Notes: a model not told the origin generated them from the letters alone. Positions 39,428 to 49,769 are shown, numbered from the stretch's first letter. The stretch: 64,000 nucleotides of DNA from an uncultured cyanobacterium (GCA_963703315.1 OY969811.1:3776001-3840000), one strand, 5' to 3'. Numbers and translations: made by a program.

Positions 39428-40327
39428 TTAATTAATGGATTCGCGATAGGCGGCATATACGCCTTTGACGTTGTACCAATTTAAGAAAATTCTAGCGATT
39501 TCTAGGGCGAGTTGGGGCTTGCCTTGATTGATTAGCCATTGCAGTAATGGACGTAGCGATCGCTCATTGAGCAAACCACCGAGCGACAAAACGCCCCACA
39601 ACACCACATGAATCCATGTCATTTGGATCATCATCTTCACTTCCCATGTGGGATGTTTTTGATAGAAGACAACACCCATGCGTCCGCGTTGGGCTTCGAC
39701 ATCGACAAGGCGAGGTAATTGCTCAATCGTAAAGGCGGGATGCCAATGGTAACCGACAGCATCAGGACATTTAATTAGTTTTAATCCTAGATTTTTGAGA
39801 CGGACACCTAGTTCTAAATCTTCCCAGCCATATTGACGGAAACTGGTATCAAACTTGCCTGCCTCAATTAACCAATGCTTCGCGATCGCCACATTCCCCG
39901 TCGCAAAAAAAGCATTGGATAGATCGGTAATCTTGATTGGCTCCGAAGTGGGATCTTCAAAATTGCTGGTATTAATCACCCGTCCGTAGGTAAAGGCGCG
40001 ATCGATACCTGCCAGAGCTTTGGCATGGGATGACAAAAATACAGGCGTGACCACCAGATCACTATCAATAAATACAATTGTGTCGCCTTGGGCTACATCG
40101 ATACCTGTATTTCTAGCGATCGCTGCACCCTCATGGTTTTGCTGAAACAGGCGCACATGGGGAAACTCGCTCGTATGGCTTTGCAAAAATTCCACCGTGC
40201 CATCAGTGGAGCCATCATCAACGACCACAATTTCGTAAGGCTGTGTAAAATCTTGAGCTTCCATTGCTTGCAAACATTTTTGCAAGATCGGTAAGCGATT
40301 GTAAGTTGGGATAATAATTGACCACAT
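39428..40327 (-). CDS. GT2 family glycosyltransferase
   Basis: SIIIPTYNR, VVDDGSTD, FIDSD, GWEDLE; start at 40327 or 40336. Confidence 0.92.
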   Translation of the reverse strand: MWSIIIPTYNRLPILQKCLQAMEAQDFTQPYEIVVVDDGSTDGTVEFLQSHTSEFPHVRLFQQNHEGAAIARNTGIDVAQGDTIVFIDSDLVVTPVFLSSHAKALAGIDRAFTYGRVINTSNFEDPTSEPIKITDLSNAFFATGNVAIAKHWLIEAGKFDTSFRQYGWEDLELGVRLKNLGLKLIKCPDAVGYHWHPAFTIEQLPRLVDVEAQRGRMGVVFYQKHPTWEVKMMIQMTWIHVVLWGVLSLGGLLNERSLRPLLQWLINQGKPQLALEIARIFLNWYNVKGVYAAYRESIN

Positions 40328-40370
40328 ACCTCCCATTATAAAAAAATAGGACGCTTTGCGTCCTATTTTT

Positions 40371-42032
40371 TTAATTCCGTGATTGTTGCCAAGATTGCCA
40401 GAGAGTCAGTCCGCCAACATAGCCATAGCTCAAGGCATACAGCACCATAAAGGGCAAGGTGACATATAGTCCTTTGCTGAGTGCCAAGATTGCGGCGATC
40501 GCACTGTAAACACATAGGCAAAGCTCGATCGCGGCAGTGGCATCGAGGGGAATCTTATACGCCTTATTGTCCCAGCGATCGCTCTTGTGCTTAATGTCAA
40601 ACTTCGGTGTGCGGCGGAAATTTGCGCCTGTATTCGACAAACCTGCAAACACTGCCCGACTGTTACTCCAAGAAATGCCTGTACCAAGAACTGCTAATAG
40701 GAAAATCCGACCGAGGCGGCGATGCCAAGATTGAGGATATAAATCACGCTGAGCATGGAAGTATAAAAATGGAGGACCAAAGGTGGCAGGTAGCATAAAG
40801 ATCGACCAAATTCCTTCCAAGGAAACGCGCATGGCGATCGCATTGTCAGGGGTAAGCAACATCAGAGGCACTGATAACAGAACTAAGAGCAGCATCAAAG
40901 GATGTGCCGAATATCCTGTCAAATGCATCGTGGCTTGAAATTTCACAGCCAGACTCAGATCGGCTTGCCAAATTTGAGCAATTAATTTCTTTGCACATTG
41001 AATGCTGCCCTTTGCCCAGCGAAATTGCTGCAATTTAAAGGCGAGCATAGCAACAGGCAATTCCGCAGGCGCAACAATATCGTTGTCGTACACAACTTGC
41101 CAACCCTTGAGTTGAGCGCGATAGCTCAAGTCCATATCTTCCGCTAAGGTGTTGGCGTGCCAACCACCTGCATCAATAATTGCCTGACGATTCCAAATAC
41201 CCGCCGTACCGTTGAAGTTTAAAAAATAGCCATTATTGGAGCGAGCTTGCTGTTCGATCGCAAAATGTCCATCAATGCCCGTTGATTGCAATTTGGTAAG
41301 TAAGGAATATTCCGAATTAACATGTCCCCAACGGGTTTGCACCACTGCAACTTTGGCATCAGGATTATTCACATAATGACGGATCGTATCTTTGAGCCAG
41401 TTAGGAGAAGGAATAAAATCCGCATCAAAAATTGCAATGTAATTTCCCTGCACAAGCGGCATCGCATCTTGCAAAGCCCCTGCTTTAAAGCCAGTACGAT
41501 TGACACGATGAATATATTCAATCCAAAAGCCCTGATGTTGGTACTGTTGGACAGTCTCGCTAAGAATGGCTTGTGTGTCATCAATCGAGTCATCCAATAC
41601 CTGAATTTGCATCCGATCGCGAGGATAGTCGATCTGACAAACGGCATCAACCAAACGGCGCGACACATAGCGCTCATTAAAAATTGGTAGCTGCACGGTC
41701 ACAATCGGCAAATCTTCTAAAGCGATCGCATGATGCTCAGGGGGATCGACAGCCAAAACATAACTAGTAAAACTATTTAGAGGTTTGTCGAGGCGAAATT
41801 GATCGAAGTTATCAAAATTATTGACAGCGATCGCCCCTGAACCTGTTGATGCAGTGGCTTGAACTGTTTGGTATTCTCGCGCAGGACTAAGTTTAGGGAA
41901 AACAAGCTGTTTTCTCTGAGAACGTTGAGGCTTATGGATCATAGTGAGCCAATAAGCATTTAGCCCATACAGTAGTAGCCAAAGTGCTGCCACAGCATTG
42001 AGGGCGGCTAGGATCGATATTAGTATCAGAAT
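40371..42032 (-). CDS. Processive GT2 glycosyltransferase (cellulose synthase-like)
   Basis: VTVQLPIFNE, LDDS, GFKAGAL, FDADF, AEDMD and QQFRW (D,D,D,QxxRW); start is GTG 41993 or ATT 42032. Confidence 0.9.
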   Translation of the reverse strand: MLILISILAALNAVAALWLLLYGLNAYWLTMIHKPQRSQRKQLVFPKLSPAREYQTVQATASTGSGAIAVNNFDNFDQFRLDKPLNSFTSYVLAVDPPEHHAIALEDLPIVTVQLPIFNERYVSRRLVDAVCQIDYPRDRMQIQVLDDSIDDTQAILSETVQQYQHQGFWIEYIHRVNRTGFKAGALQDAMPLVQGNYIAIFDADFIPSPNWLKDTIRHYVNNPDAKVAVVQTRWGHVNSEYSLLTKLQSTGIDGHFAIEQQARSNNGYFLNFNGTAGIWNRQAIIDAGGWHANTLAEDMDLSYRAQLKGWQVVYDNDIVAPAELPVAMLAFKLQQFRWAKGSIQCAKKLIAQIWQADLSLAVKFQATMHLTGYSAHPLMLLLVLLSVPLMLLTPDNAIAMRVSLEGIWSIFMLPATFGPPFLYFHAQRDLYPQSWHRRLGRIFLLAVLGTGISWSNSRAVFAGLSNTGANFRRTPKFDIKHKSDRWDNKAYKIPLDATAAIELCLCVYSAIAAILALSKGLYVTLPFMVLYALSYGYVGGLTLWQSWQQSRN

Positions 42033-42242
42033 GACTCTTGACTCCTTCTTACCACACGAAGCACTAATCTTAAAAATTGGTTAAGCAAGCAAAACTAACA
42101 TACTTAAAGAAAAGCACACTAAGAAATATTACGATGCTTATTCTGTATTTGTAGAAAAATTTACGATTTGCCGCTAAGTATTTATACACCTATCCATAAT
42201 CCCACATCTAAAAAAGAAGGGGCGCAAAGCACCCCTTCTTTT

Positions 42243-42989
42243 TTAGATGTGGGACATTTCCTGTAAGGCGATCGCTGCTGCCTCCTGCTGAGCCGCTTTA
42301 ATACTTTTGCCTTGACCTCTGCCCCAACAGCGATCGTCAAACCAGACTTCGACACAAAATAAGTTACTTCCTTCAGGATTTTCTTCAGAAGTGACATTGC
42401 GGTATTCAGGTAAACGCTTCCAACGTCCTTGCGTCAACTCTTGCAAAGCAACTTTATAATTACCCAAGGCAGGAATAGCCAGTAAAGACTCGGCAAAGCG
42501 ATGCATCTGTGGATCGAGCCATTGACGGATATAGGTTAAGTCACGAGTCGCGATATATAGCGCCGCCATCAGCGCCTCTAACGCATCCGCAAGGAGCGAT
42601 CGCAACGCCTGTGGATCATTTCGCGCTGCATTCGAGACCACTACATATTTTTGCAATTCATAGCTACTGGCGATTTCGGCGAGGGTTTTGTCACTAACTA
42701 AGTGCGATCGCAGCGCCGCTAAGTCCCCCACCGAGCGATCGCCATATCTTTCTTGCAAAAAAAGGCTGACCGATAGCCGTAATACACTGTCACCGACAAA
42801 CTCAAGCTGATCGTTGTTATAGGTAGTTGAAAAACTAGGATGTACCAAAGCCCGATCAATTAATAACCAGTCAAAACCGTGAGATTTAATAGATGGGTTG
42901 ACCCGTTCTAGTTTGGCTGGATCTAGTCCCATTTGTTCTAATAAACGGACTAATTCTCTTTGACGACGCGGATCGATGGTAGATGACAT
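42243..42989 (-). CDS. rnc: Ribonuclease III
   Basis: ALVHPS, NDQLEFVGDSVL, LADALEAL; C-terminal dsRBD NYKVALQE...GKSIKAAQQEAA. Confidence 0.9.
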   Translation of the reverse strand: MSSTIDPRRQRELVRLLEQMGLDPAKLERVNPSIKSHGFDWLLIDRALVHPSFSTTYNNDQLEFVGDSVLRLSVSLFLQERYGDRSVGDLAALRSHLVSDKTLAEIASSYELQKYVVVSNAARNDPQALRSLLADALEALMAALYIATRDLTYIRQWLDPQMHRFAESLLAIPALGNYKVALQELTQGRWKRLPEYRNVTSEENPEGSNLFCVEVWFDDRCWGRGQGKSIKAAQQEAAAIALQEMSHI

Positions 42990-43072
42990 GGGACTTTGCA
43001 GATACTTTTACAGATACTTTTGCAGATACAATTACAGCAACTTCATAAACATGATCGTAGTTCATTGCAACC

Positions 43073-44398
43073 ATGACTAAAAGGTTTTTCTCTACACTTT
43101 GCTTAGCCTTGCTAACAACAGTGACAACGATTTGGATCGTCGCTTGTCAGCCTAACACTACAACCACAAGCACCAGTCCCACAAGTCCCTCTAAAGCCCC
43201 AACGACAACAGGCACAGGTGGTGGCGGAGTTAAGGACACCCTTCGACTAGGTGCATTGCTACCAATTACAGGAGACTTATCCTCAATTGGTGCGCCGATG
43301 ATCAAATCGATTGATTTTCTAGTAGATACTGTCAATAAATGCGGCGGTGTACTTGGTAAGCCCATCACCTATATTAAGGAAGACGATCGCACTGATCCTC
43401 CCGCAGGGGCAGAGGCAATGACGAAACTAGTCAAAATAGATAATGTGGGTGCAGTAGTTGGTTCCTTTGCTAGTAGCGTATCCACAGCAGCGCTAGCGAT
43501 TTCAGTACCGAACAAAGTTGTCCAAATTTCTCCTGGTAGCACCAGCCCCGTCTTTACCGAACGTGCTAAAAAAGGCGAATTTAACGGCTACTGGTATCGC
43601 ACCGCACCGCCTGACACCTATCAAGCACTAGCTCTTGCCAACCTTGCCTATAAAAAAGGCGCTCGCAAAGTTGCCACTCTCGTCATTAACAATGACTATG
43701 GCGTGGGTTTTGAGAAAGCCTTTGTGGATGCCTTTGAGAAACTTGGTGGCACAATTGTTAACAAAAACAAACCTACCCGCTACGATCCCAAAGCAACTAC
43801 CTTTGAAGCTGAGGCTAAAGGCGCATTTGGTAGCAAGCCCGATGCTGTAGCTGCTATTTTATATCCCGACTCTGGTGGTGCGGTGATCAAAGCAGCCTTT
43901 GAACAGGGCTTAACGAAGGACGTGAAAATCCTACTTACTGATGGTGTAAAAACCGAAGACTTCCCAAAATTAATTGGTAATACCCCTGAAGGTAAGTTAA
44001 TCCTCGCTGGGGCGATCGGTACTGTCCCCGGAGCCGATGGTAAATCCTTAGAAACATTTACCAAAGCCTTCAAGGAAAAAACAGGTCAAGAACTCGGTGC
44101 ATTTGTGCCTCATTCATACGATGCGGCGGCTCTAGTGGCGATCGCCGCCGAAGCAGCTAAAGACGCGACGGGTGATGGTATCAAGAGCAAGATCCGTGAA
44201 ATTGCTAATGCCCCCGGTCAAGAAGTCACCGATGTCTGTGAAGCACTCAAGCTAGTCAAAGCAGGTACTGACATTGACTATCAAGGTGCAAGCGGTAATG
44301 TTGATCTTGATGAATATGGCGATGTCAAAGGTAGTTATGACGTATGGGAAGTGCAGCCCGACGGCAAAATTAAAGTAATCGATCGCGTTTCTCCGTAA
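43073..44398 (+). CDS. Branched-chain/neutral amino acid ABC transporter substrate-binding lipoprotein (NatB/LivJ-like)
   Basis: Lipobox IVAC, LGALLPITG, RTAPPD, YDAA, DYQGASG. Confidence 0.9.
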   Translation: MTKRFFSTLCLALLTTVTTIWIVACQPNTTTTSTSPTSPSKAPTTTGTGGGGVKDTLRLGALLPITGDLSSIGAPMIKSIDFLVDTVNKCGGVLGKPITYIKEDDRTDPPAGAEAMTKLVKIDNVGAVVGSFASSVSTAALAISVPNKVVQISPGSTSPVFTERAKKGEFNGYWYRTAPPDTYQALALANLAYKKGARKVATLVINNDYGVGFEKAFVDAFEKLGGTIVNKNKPTRYDPKATTFEAEAKGAFGSKPDAVAAILYPDSGGAVIKAAFEQGLTKDVKILLTDGVKTEDFPKLIGNTPEGKLILAGAIGTVPGADGKSLETFTKAFKEKTGQELGAFVPHSYDAAALVAIAAEAAKDATGDGIKSKIREIANAPGQEVTDVCEALKLVKAGTDIDYQGASGNVDLDEYGDVKGSYDVWEVQPDGKIKVIDRVSP

Positions 44399-44554
44399 AT
44401 AACAAAAATTACAACGCTTTGCACTTTCTTAAAAACCAAAGGAACTTTAAAAAAGCTTGCTTCACAAGCTTTTTTAAAGTTCCGATATTTAGACAAAAAA
44501 TCTGCTAATCTTGCTGTAAAAATCTAGGCATCTACCTAAATATAGAGACTATCT

Positions 44555-44944
44555 ATGGCGATCGAACTCAAAGCTGCTGCTCCGCAAGAAGTTTCCATCT
44601 ATATGCCCTACTATCGAGAGCCAAACAGACGGCAAGCTCTCCCCTATGCAATCTCTTTGTATAAGCAAGGCGAAATTACAGGTGAACGGCATATAGAAGG
44701 AAGCCCTGCTATTTCCTTTATGGCAGTGTGGCGCGTGGCAAACTTACCAGCAGATATCACACTATGTCGGGTCACTTTTGATGGAGACGCTGATATGAGC
44801 TATGAGATCACTCTAGAAAATACTGAATTTGTGGGTTATTTAATTGAAGTTGTTTCTAGTATTCGTGACAAAGGCTATGTTGATTTCCCCCAAATCTTTT
44901 ATAGCAAGTTGTTTCGCTTAAAACTTGCTAGCATGGACGGCTAA
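44555..44944 (+). CDS. ebsA: Type IV pilus / biofilm-suppression protein EbsA
   Basis: IYMPYY..RRQALPYAISLY..G...GER.IEG pattern; 129 aa. Confidence 0.8.
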   Translation: MAIELKAAAPQEVSIYMPYYREPNRRQALPYAISLYKQGEITGERHIEGSPAISFMAVWRVANLPADITLCRVTFDGDADMSYEITLENTEFVGYLIEVVSSIRDKGYVDFPQIFYSKLFRLKLASMDG

Positions 44945-45113
44945 ATTTTTGACATTAAATCTTTACGCTGATTTTTGCAGAATGGCAACCCAAAAAATAT
45001 CAACTAATGTATAATCCTAAGCTCAAATCTTGCTAAAACAAACAAAGTCAGCTAAAGTCCTGATGCAGCTTTTTATAAGGCAAAAGAATAGTCAATTTTA
45101 AGGGGTTTACATT

Positions 45114-45377
45114 GTGTCATATGCCGCCCAACGCCTCGAACATCCAGAGCGACAGTCAGAACCTGTAGCTAAAAAAGTCGATCCAATCATTGTCAGAGCC
45201 GCTAAGCAGATTTATCGCTATTATGCTGATTCCTATGCAGCCCAACTGCCCCGACCTATGGGAATTGCTATTAATCGTATAGATATGACTGGTAAGCTCA
45301 TTTACTCTCAGTTAATTTTGCTACCACAAGAAAGCTTTGTCCCAATGGAATTAATTGAGTTATCTGACTATCATTAA
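45114..45377 (+). CDS. Conserved cyanobacterial hypothetical protein
   Basis: 87 aa with VDP.IVRAA.QIY, RPMGIAI and ILLPQE; AGGGG upstream. Confidence 0.65.
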   Translation: MSYAAQRLEHPERQSEPVAKKVDPIIVRAAKQIYRYYADSYAAQLPRPMGIAINRIDMTGKLIYSQLILLPQESFVPMELIELSDYH

Positions 45378-45601
45378 GGCTATTTCATGCGATCGCTTAA
45401 GAGCCTTTAGCCCAGATCGGTTAATGAAATTTATAAAATGTATAAATGATTTATACAAATTTATACAAAAATAATTGATAAAAAGTTTTTACTTTTAAAA
45501 AGGCTATTCTTAAAAATGATTAAGTAATGTTTTAGTTAGTTATTTGCATTGATTGAAAATTATCAAAACTCTTGTATTTAGATAGTATTTAGGTATCAGT
45601 T

Positions 45602-46039
45602 ATGACGTATACATCAAGCTCTTCAGTATCCGTAACAGCGTCAGTACGTTTCCAGAGCAAGCTCAAGGAGACCAAAAATTTTGGTGATGCTTTGGTAGAG
45701 GTGTTTTCTGACCTTGTGCAGTTAGAAATTGTGACTTGGGTAGCTCATGAAGGTGATACAACCCATAGAGGGGGTAATCGCTTAAAAACAACGATTAACC
45801 TGATCGATGGTGATATTGAAAATGAGTTAGGCGCAGATTTTTTACAAGGATCTCCCTATGCAGAGCTACGGGGCTTTCATGAGTCTCAAGTAGAAAAGGG
45901 AGCCGAGACGATCGCTAATAATCTCAAAACCTTAGTAGATATTGGTCAAAAGGTCACAGGCTTGCTCAAAGGTGAAAGTGAGCCAGAGCTTGAAGATTCC
46001 GTTGATTTCAGTAGCGCCCGCTTCCCTACTCGTGTCTAG
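45602..46039 (+). CDS. Hypothetical protein, related to the next ORF
   Basis: 145 aa; LEIVT..INLIDGDIEN..FHESQVE. Confidence 0.8.
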   Translation: MTYTSSSSVSVTASVRFQSKLKETKNFGDALVEVFSDLVQLEIVTWVAHEGDTTHRGGNRLKTTINLIDGDIENELGADFLQGSPYAELRGFHESQVEKGAETIANNLKTLVDIGQKVTGLLKGESEPELEDSVDFSSARFPTRV

Positions 46040-46069
46040 TCCATTTCGTCCTGTCGCTGAGGAATCTGT

Positions 46070-46942
46070 ATGCGAGATCAGGCTACAAGCAATAAAAACA
46101 ATCCTGCAAATCAAAACAATACTAACAATCGGGTTGCCTCTAGCAGCGAAAAGTCCGTAAATAGACAAGGTTTACAGGTAGTACCCACTCCAAATAGCTC
46201 CACTCCAGTAGCGCCTAAAGAAACCTCTAGTGAAAGTGGTAGCCTTAATAAATTTCGAGAAACTCTTAAGGATATTTTAGAAGAAATAACCGCTTTAGAG
46301 GTAAATACGCTTATTGTTAGCCATATTCCGCTCGCCAGATTTGACGCAAGAGAGTTTTACGCTAATGTGATGCAAAACAATGAAGAGGGATTACAAAATA
46401 TCAAAAAAGCTCTCCTCGAACGCAGTAATAGGCTCAAGAAAAAAGGTGCAGCAGTCTCTCAGACTGAACTAGATCGTTATAATCGCGATTTAGAAATTTA
46501 CAAAAAGGCTGAGCGTAAATTTATTGAGAACAAAAACTCCCAAGATCCCGAAAAGAAGCATCAATTTGCGATCCAGAATGCTTGTTATGAGGAGCTAGCT
46601 CAGAAAATGCTGAAGCTAAATATCGCTAAGGACGAGAATGATCAAGTAATTCCCAATGCCGCAATGATTCGCTATTTCCGTAAGTTATGGGAGTTTGAAC
46701 AGTCAGTTTTAAATGGTGAACTCATTTATGCTCAGACTAAATTTCAACTTGACGGTGACTTGAGCAACCGATTTTTGGATGATTTGTTTGTCCCCAGCAA
46801 AAGTAGAATTGATCCCAAAATGGCAAAGCTGGTTTTTGATTTGCATAATCAAGCGGTCGAGAATGCGGAAAAGCAATGGATGGGATTGATTACGACTTGT
46901 GTCAATCTAGTTAAAGAGTTGATCCCATTCCGAGCCAAATAA
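46070..46942 (+). CDS. Hypothetical protein with coiled-coil insert
   Basis: 290 aa; LEVNT..QTKFQLDGDLSN..LHNQAVE. Confidence 0.8.
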   Translation: MRDQATSNKNNPANQNNTNNRVASSSEKSVNRQGLQVVPTPNSSTPVAPKETSSESGSLNKFRETLKDILEEITALEVNTLIVSHIPLARFDAREFYANVMQNNEEGLQNIKKALLERSNRLKKKGAAVSQTELDRYNRDLEIYKKAERKFIENKNSQDPEKKHQFAIQNACYEELAQKMLKLNIAKDENDQVIPNAAMIRYFRKLWEFEQSVLNGELIYAQTKFQLDGDLSNRFLDDLFVPSKSRIDPKMAKLVFDLHNQAVENAEKQWMGLITTCVNLVKELIPFRAK

Positions 46943-46977
46943 CTAATTCCAGATCTAGGAGCAATTCCTGAATTGCT

Positions 46978-47970
46978 TTGATTGGGGCATGGATCGTAGA
47001 AGAGTTACAAAATGGAGTTCTGGTGGCTACGCCTGATTGGTTGGCTATTGTCGATGATGAAATTAATTTGTGGCTTAACCCAAGAGTGTTATCTCAGATT
47101 GATCGAGATACTCAGGGGTTAGCGGTTGACAATGAGATTATTTATAAAATTAATAGTCAGGAATTATTGCAAGTCCTAGCCTCTAGTGTGGGTATGGCGG
47201 CGCATCGACAAGGGGCGATCGCGATATGGACTTATTACACTGACAAGAAGAAGATAAGTGGACTTGAGGAAAATTCATCATCGAAGCAGCCATCACCAAT
47301 ATTGCGGACATTAATGAATATTGATGGGGATCTTAGCCAGAAAGTTTGTGCTGATATTTTCCAACATCCTCAAGCCGATCGCCTTTTTAAAGTACATAGT
47401 TTTTTGGTCAGTCAAATTTCGCTGCAATTGATTACCGCGATCGAAGATTATATTGAAGAAAAATTACGCCCCTTTTCGATCGCGATCGCCTCTTTTCTAT
47501 TTACGATCACATGGCAAGAACCATTACAAAAAATAGCTAAGCAGTTTAAGGTTCCAGAAACTTTAATTGAGCCTCTCACTAATCAAAGTTTACAGATCGC
47601 AATCGCCGCTCCAATCGTCGTTTTACTGATTTGGTGGATTTCCGCAAAACTAAAGCTATCCTTACCTACAATACCCAGAGTTATTCAAAAATTTGGGGCA
47701 GATTTACTCAAGCTTTTAGAAAGCCAAAATTTTCAAATCGTGGCGATCGCGGTTTTGATCATTTTAGTTTTTTGTGCGATCGCTCTCAAATGGCTAATTC
47801 CACCCAACAGCCCAGTCAATGACTTTGTGATGACAATTCAATCATGGATAGAGCCATATTTACCAATAGCAATTATTAGTTTACGCAAATGGATTATTGG
47901 TACATTAGGCAAAATATTTTTACGTTATCCCATCTTTGTCAAATTGATTTTTGGGCGTTTCGTAAGATGA
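46978..47970 (+). CDS. Hypothetical membrane protein
   Basis: 330 aa with 3-4 C-terminal hydrophobic helices; TTG start uncertain. Confidence 0.72.
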   Translation: MIGAWIVEELQNGVLVATPDWLAIVDDEINLWLNPRVLSQIDRDTQGLAVDNEIIYKINSQELLQVLASSVGMAAHRQGAIAIWTYYTDKKKISGLEENSSSKQPSPILRTLMNIDGDLSQKVCADIFQHPQADRLFKVHSFLVSQISLQLITAIEDYIEEKLRPFSIAIASFLFTITWQEPLQKIAKQFKVPETLIEPLTNQSLQIAIAAPIVVLLIWWISAKLKLSLPTIPRVIQKFGADLLKLLESQNFQIVAIAVLIILVFCAIALKWLIPPNSPVNDFVMTIQSWIEPYLPIAIISLRKWIIGTLGKIFLRYPIFVKLIFGRFVR

Positions 47971-48009
47971 TGGTAGAGAGTTCGCTATGCAAACTTTTAC
48001 GACAAGATC

Positions 48010-49278
48010 ATGAAACAAGTTGAGATTTGGCGATCGCAAGCTGCGGCAACCCTAGGATTTTTGGTTCCTAAGATTGATGGCAATGTCATCAATGACAAGG
48101 ATGGGCTAGTCGATGACCTGATTCGGGTGCTAAATAATTTACCCGCGCGTCTGGATATCCGCCAACCTTATGCAGGAATTTTCCCTGCTGCCGATTTACC
48201 AACTTGGCGCAATCGAGCAGCAGCAACCCTTAAATACATCGTGCCGAAGATTCCTGATGTGGAAGGTAGTGTTTTTGATGGCGCGATCGATGATTTGATT
48301 CGCTTTTTGCGTAATTTGCCCGCCCGTCCCACAGGGCGATCGCCTTATTCAGGACTATTTTCCCCTGCCTCTTTGACTACATGGCGAAAGCTAGCTGCAC
48401 AGACGGTAGTTGCCGAAATCGGTAAAATCATTGATCCCAAATACAATGATGCGGATGACCGAATTGATGACTTAATTCGAGTGATCAGTGGATTGCCCTT
48501 ACGCCCAGTTTTACGCAAGCCCTACGAAGGTCTTTACCAAGCCCCAAACCTGATTGAACATCGTAAATTAGCGGCTCGACGCTTAGATCAATTGATTACC
48601 GAGCTTAAAGATGATTTCAACGCTAAGGATGTCTTGGTAGATAGCACAATTCGGATTTTAAATAATTTGCCGCCGCGCCGCCTTGATCAAGAACCCTACG
48701 CGGGGCTATATCCCCCTGCTCCTGAAGTTAACAATCTCATGACAGCTTCGGGCTTGATTACCCAAGAACAACTCAGCGCGATCGCCCCCTATTCCAAACG
48801 CGATCGCCTTGAAAAGCTGCTACCCCACCTGAATAACACCATGCAGCGTTACGCCATCACCACTCCCTTACGCAAAGCCCATTTCATCGCTCAAGTGGGG
48901 CATGAAAGTGATGGCTTTAATACCAATGTAGAATATGCCTCTGGTGCAGCCTATGAAGGACGTAGAGATCTTGGCAATACTCAAGCAGGTGACGGCGTAA
49001 GATTTAAAGGACGTGGCTTAATCCAAGTCACAGGTAGGGCTAACTATGCTGATTGTGGCAGAGCCTTAGGCGTGGACTTAATTAGCAATCCTCAACGCTT
49101 GGGCGACTATGATCTCGCTTGTCTCAGTGCAGGTTGGTATTGGGACACACGCAAACTCAATGCTGATGCCGATTATGATGACATCCTCACCATTACCAAA
49201 GTTATCAACGGCGGCACAAATGGTTTAGCCGATCGCCAGTCCTATCTGGCTAGAGCTAAGAGAGTTTTTGGGATTTAA
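48010..49278 (+). CDS. GH19 chitinase/endolysin-like protein with four N-terminal 59-aa repeats
   Basis: AHFIAQVGHES, GRGLIQVTGRANY, SAGWYW, INGGTNGLADR. Confidence 0.9.
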   Translation: MKQVEIWRSQAAATLGFLVPKIDGNVINDKDGLVDDLIRVLNNLPARLDIRQPYAGIFPAADLPTWRNRAAATLKYIVPKIPDVEGSVFDGAIDDLIRFLRNLPARPTGRSPYSGLFSPASLTTWRKLAAQTVVAEIGKIIDPKYNDADDRIDDLIRVISGLPLRPVLRKPYEGLYQAPNLIEHRKLAARRLDQLITELKDDFNAKDVLVDSTIRILNNLPPRRLDQEPYAGLYPPAPEVNNLMTASGLITQEQLSAIAPYSKRDRLEKLLPHLNNTMQRYAITTPLRKAHFIAQVGHESDGFNTNVEYASGAAYEGRRDLGNTQAGDGVRFKGRGLIQVTGRANYADCGRALGVDLISNPQRLGDYDLACLSAGWYWDTRKLNADADYDDILTITKVINGGTNGLADRQSYLARAKRVFGI

Positions 49279-49424
49279 CTCAAAACCTGTAGAGTCGCGC
49301 CCCTATGAAGCGTGAATCTACAGGTTTTGTTACACACATAAAGAAGCTAAAACCATGTCCTACAGTGACTTTACTACGCTTGACAAGGTACAAAATGCCT
49401 TCAATAACTAGAGATATTAAAACG

Positions 49425-49769
49425 ATGGATAAATTAAAAATATTGGAAGATTATCGACAAATTATTCGAGCTGTGTTACTTCCCTACACAAAAATCACTT
49501 ATGCCAATGTACCTGTAAGGAATATGGCAGCTTTTGACGATGAATTTGGTCAATACCTGATCATGTCTGAAGGATGGGATGGAAATCGTCATTTACATGG
49601 CTGTCTAATTCATGTGGAGATTATCGCTGATCGTGTATGGGTTCAAAGAGACGGCACTGAGGATGGAGTAACTGATGAGCTAGTAGCGGCTGGAATTGCC
49701 AAGCAAGATATTGTGTTGGGGTTTCAAGAACCATCGGTACGAAAGTATACGGAATTTGCAGTAGCATGA
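49425..49769 (+). CDS. xisI: XisI family protein
   Basis: MDKL..YRQII, GW...R.HGCLIH, WVQRDGTEDG, GIAKQDIVLGF; ATG at 49425. Confidence 0.88.
   Translation: MDKLKILEDYRQIIRAVLLPYTKITYANVPVRNMAAFDDEFGQYLIMSEGWDGNRHLHGCLIHVEIIADRVWVQRDGTEDGVTDELVAAGIAKQDIVLGFQEPSVRKYTEFAVA

Noticed and set aside
42151..42164. NtcA site GTA-N8-TAC upstream of the GT2 gene
   Set aside because: Only the 6-bp core matches and there is no TAN3T at the canonical distance of about 22 nt
49305..49424. Long N-terminus of XisI given in the ORF track
   Set aside because: Begins inside an intergenic hairpin; the family-typical start MDKL is at 49425
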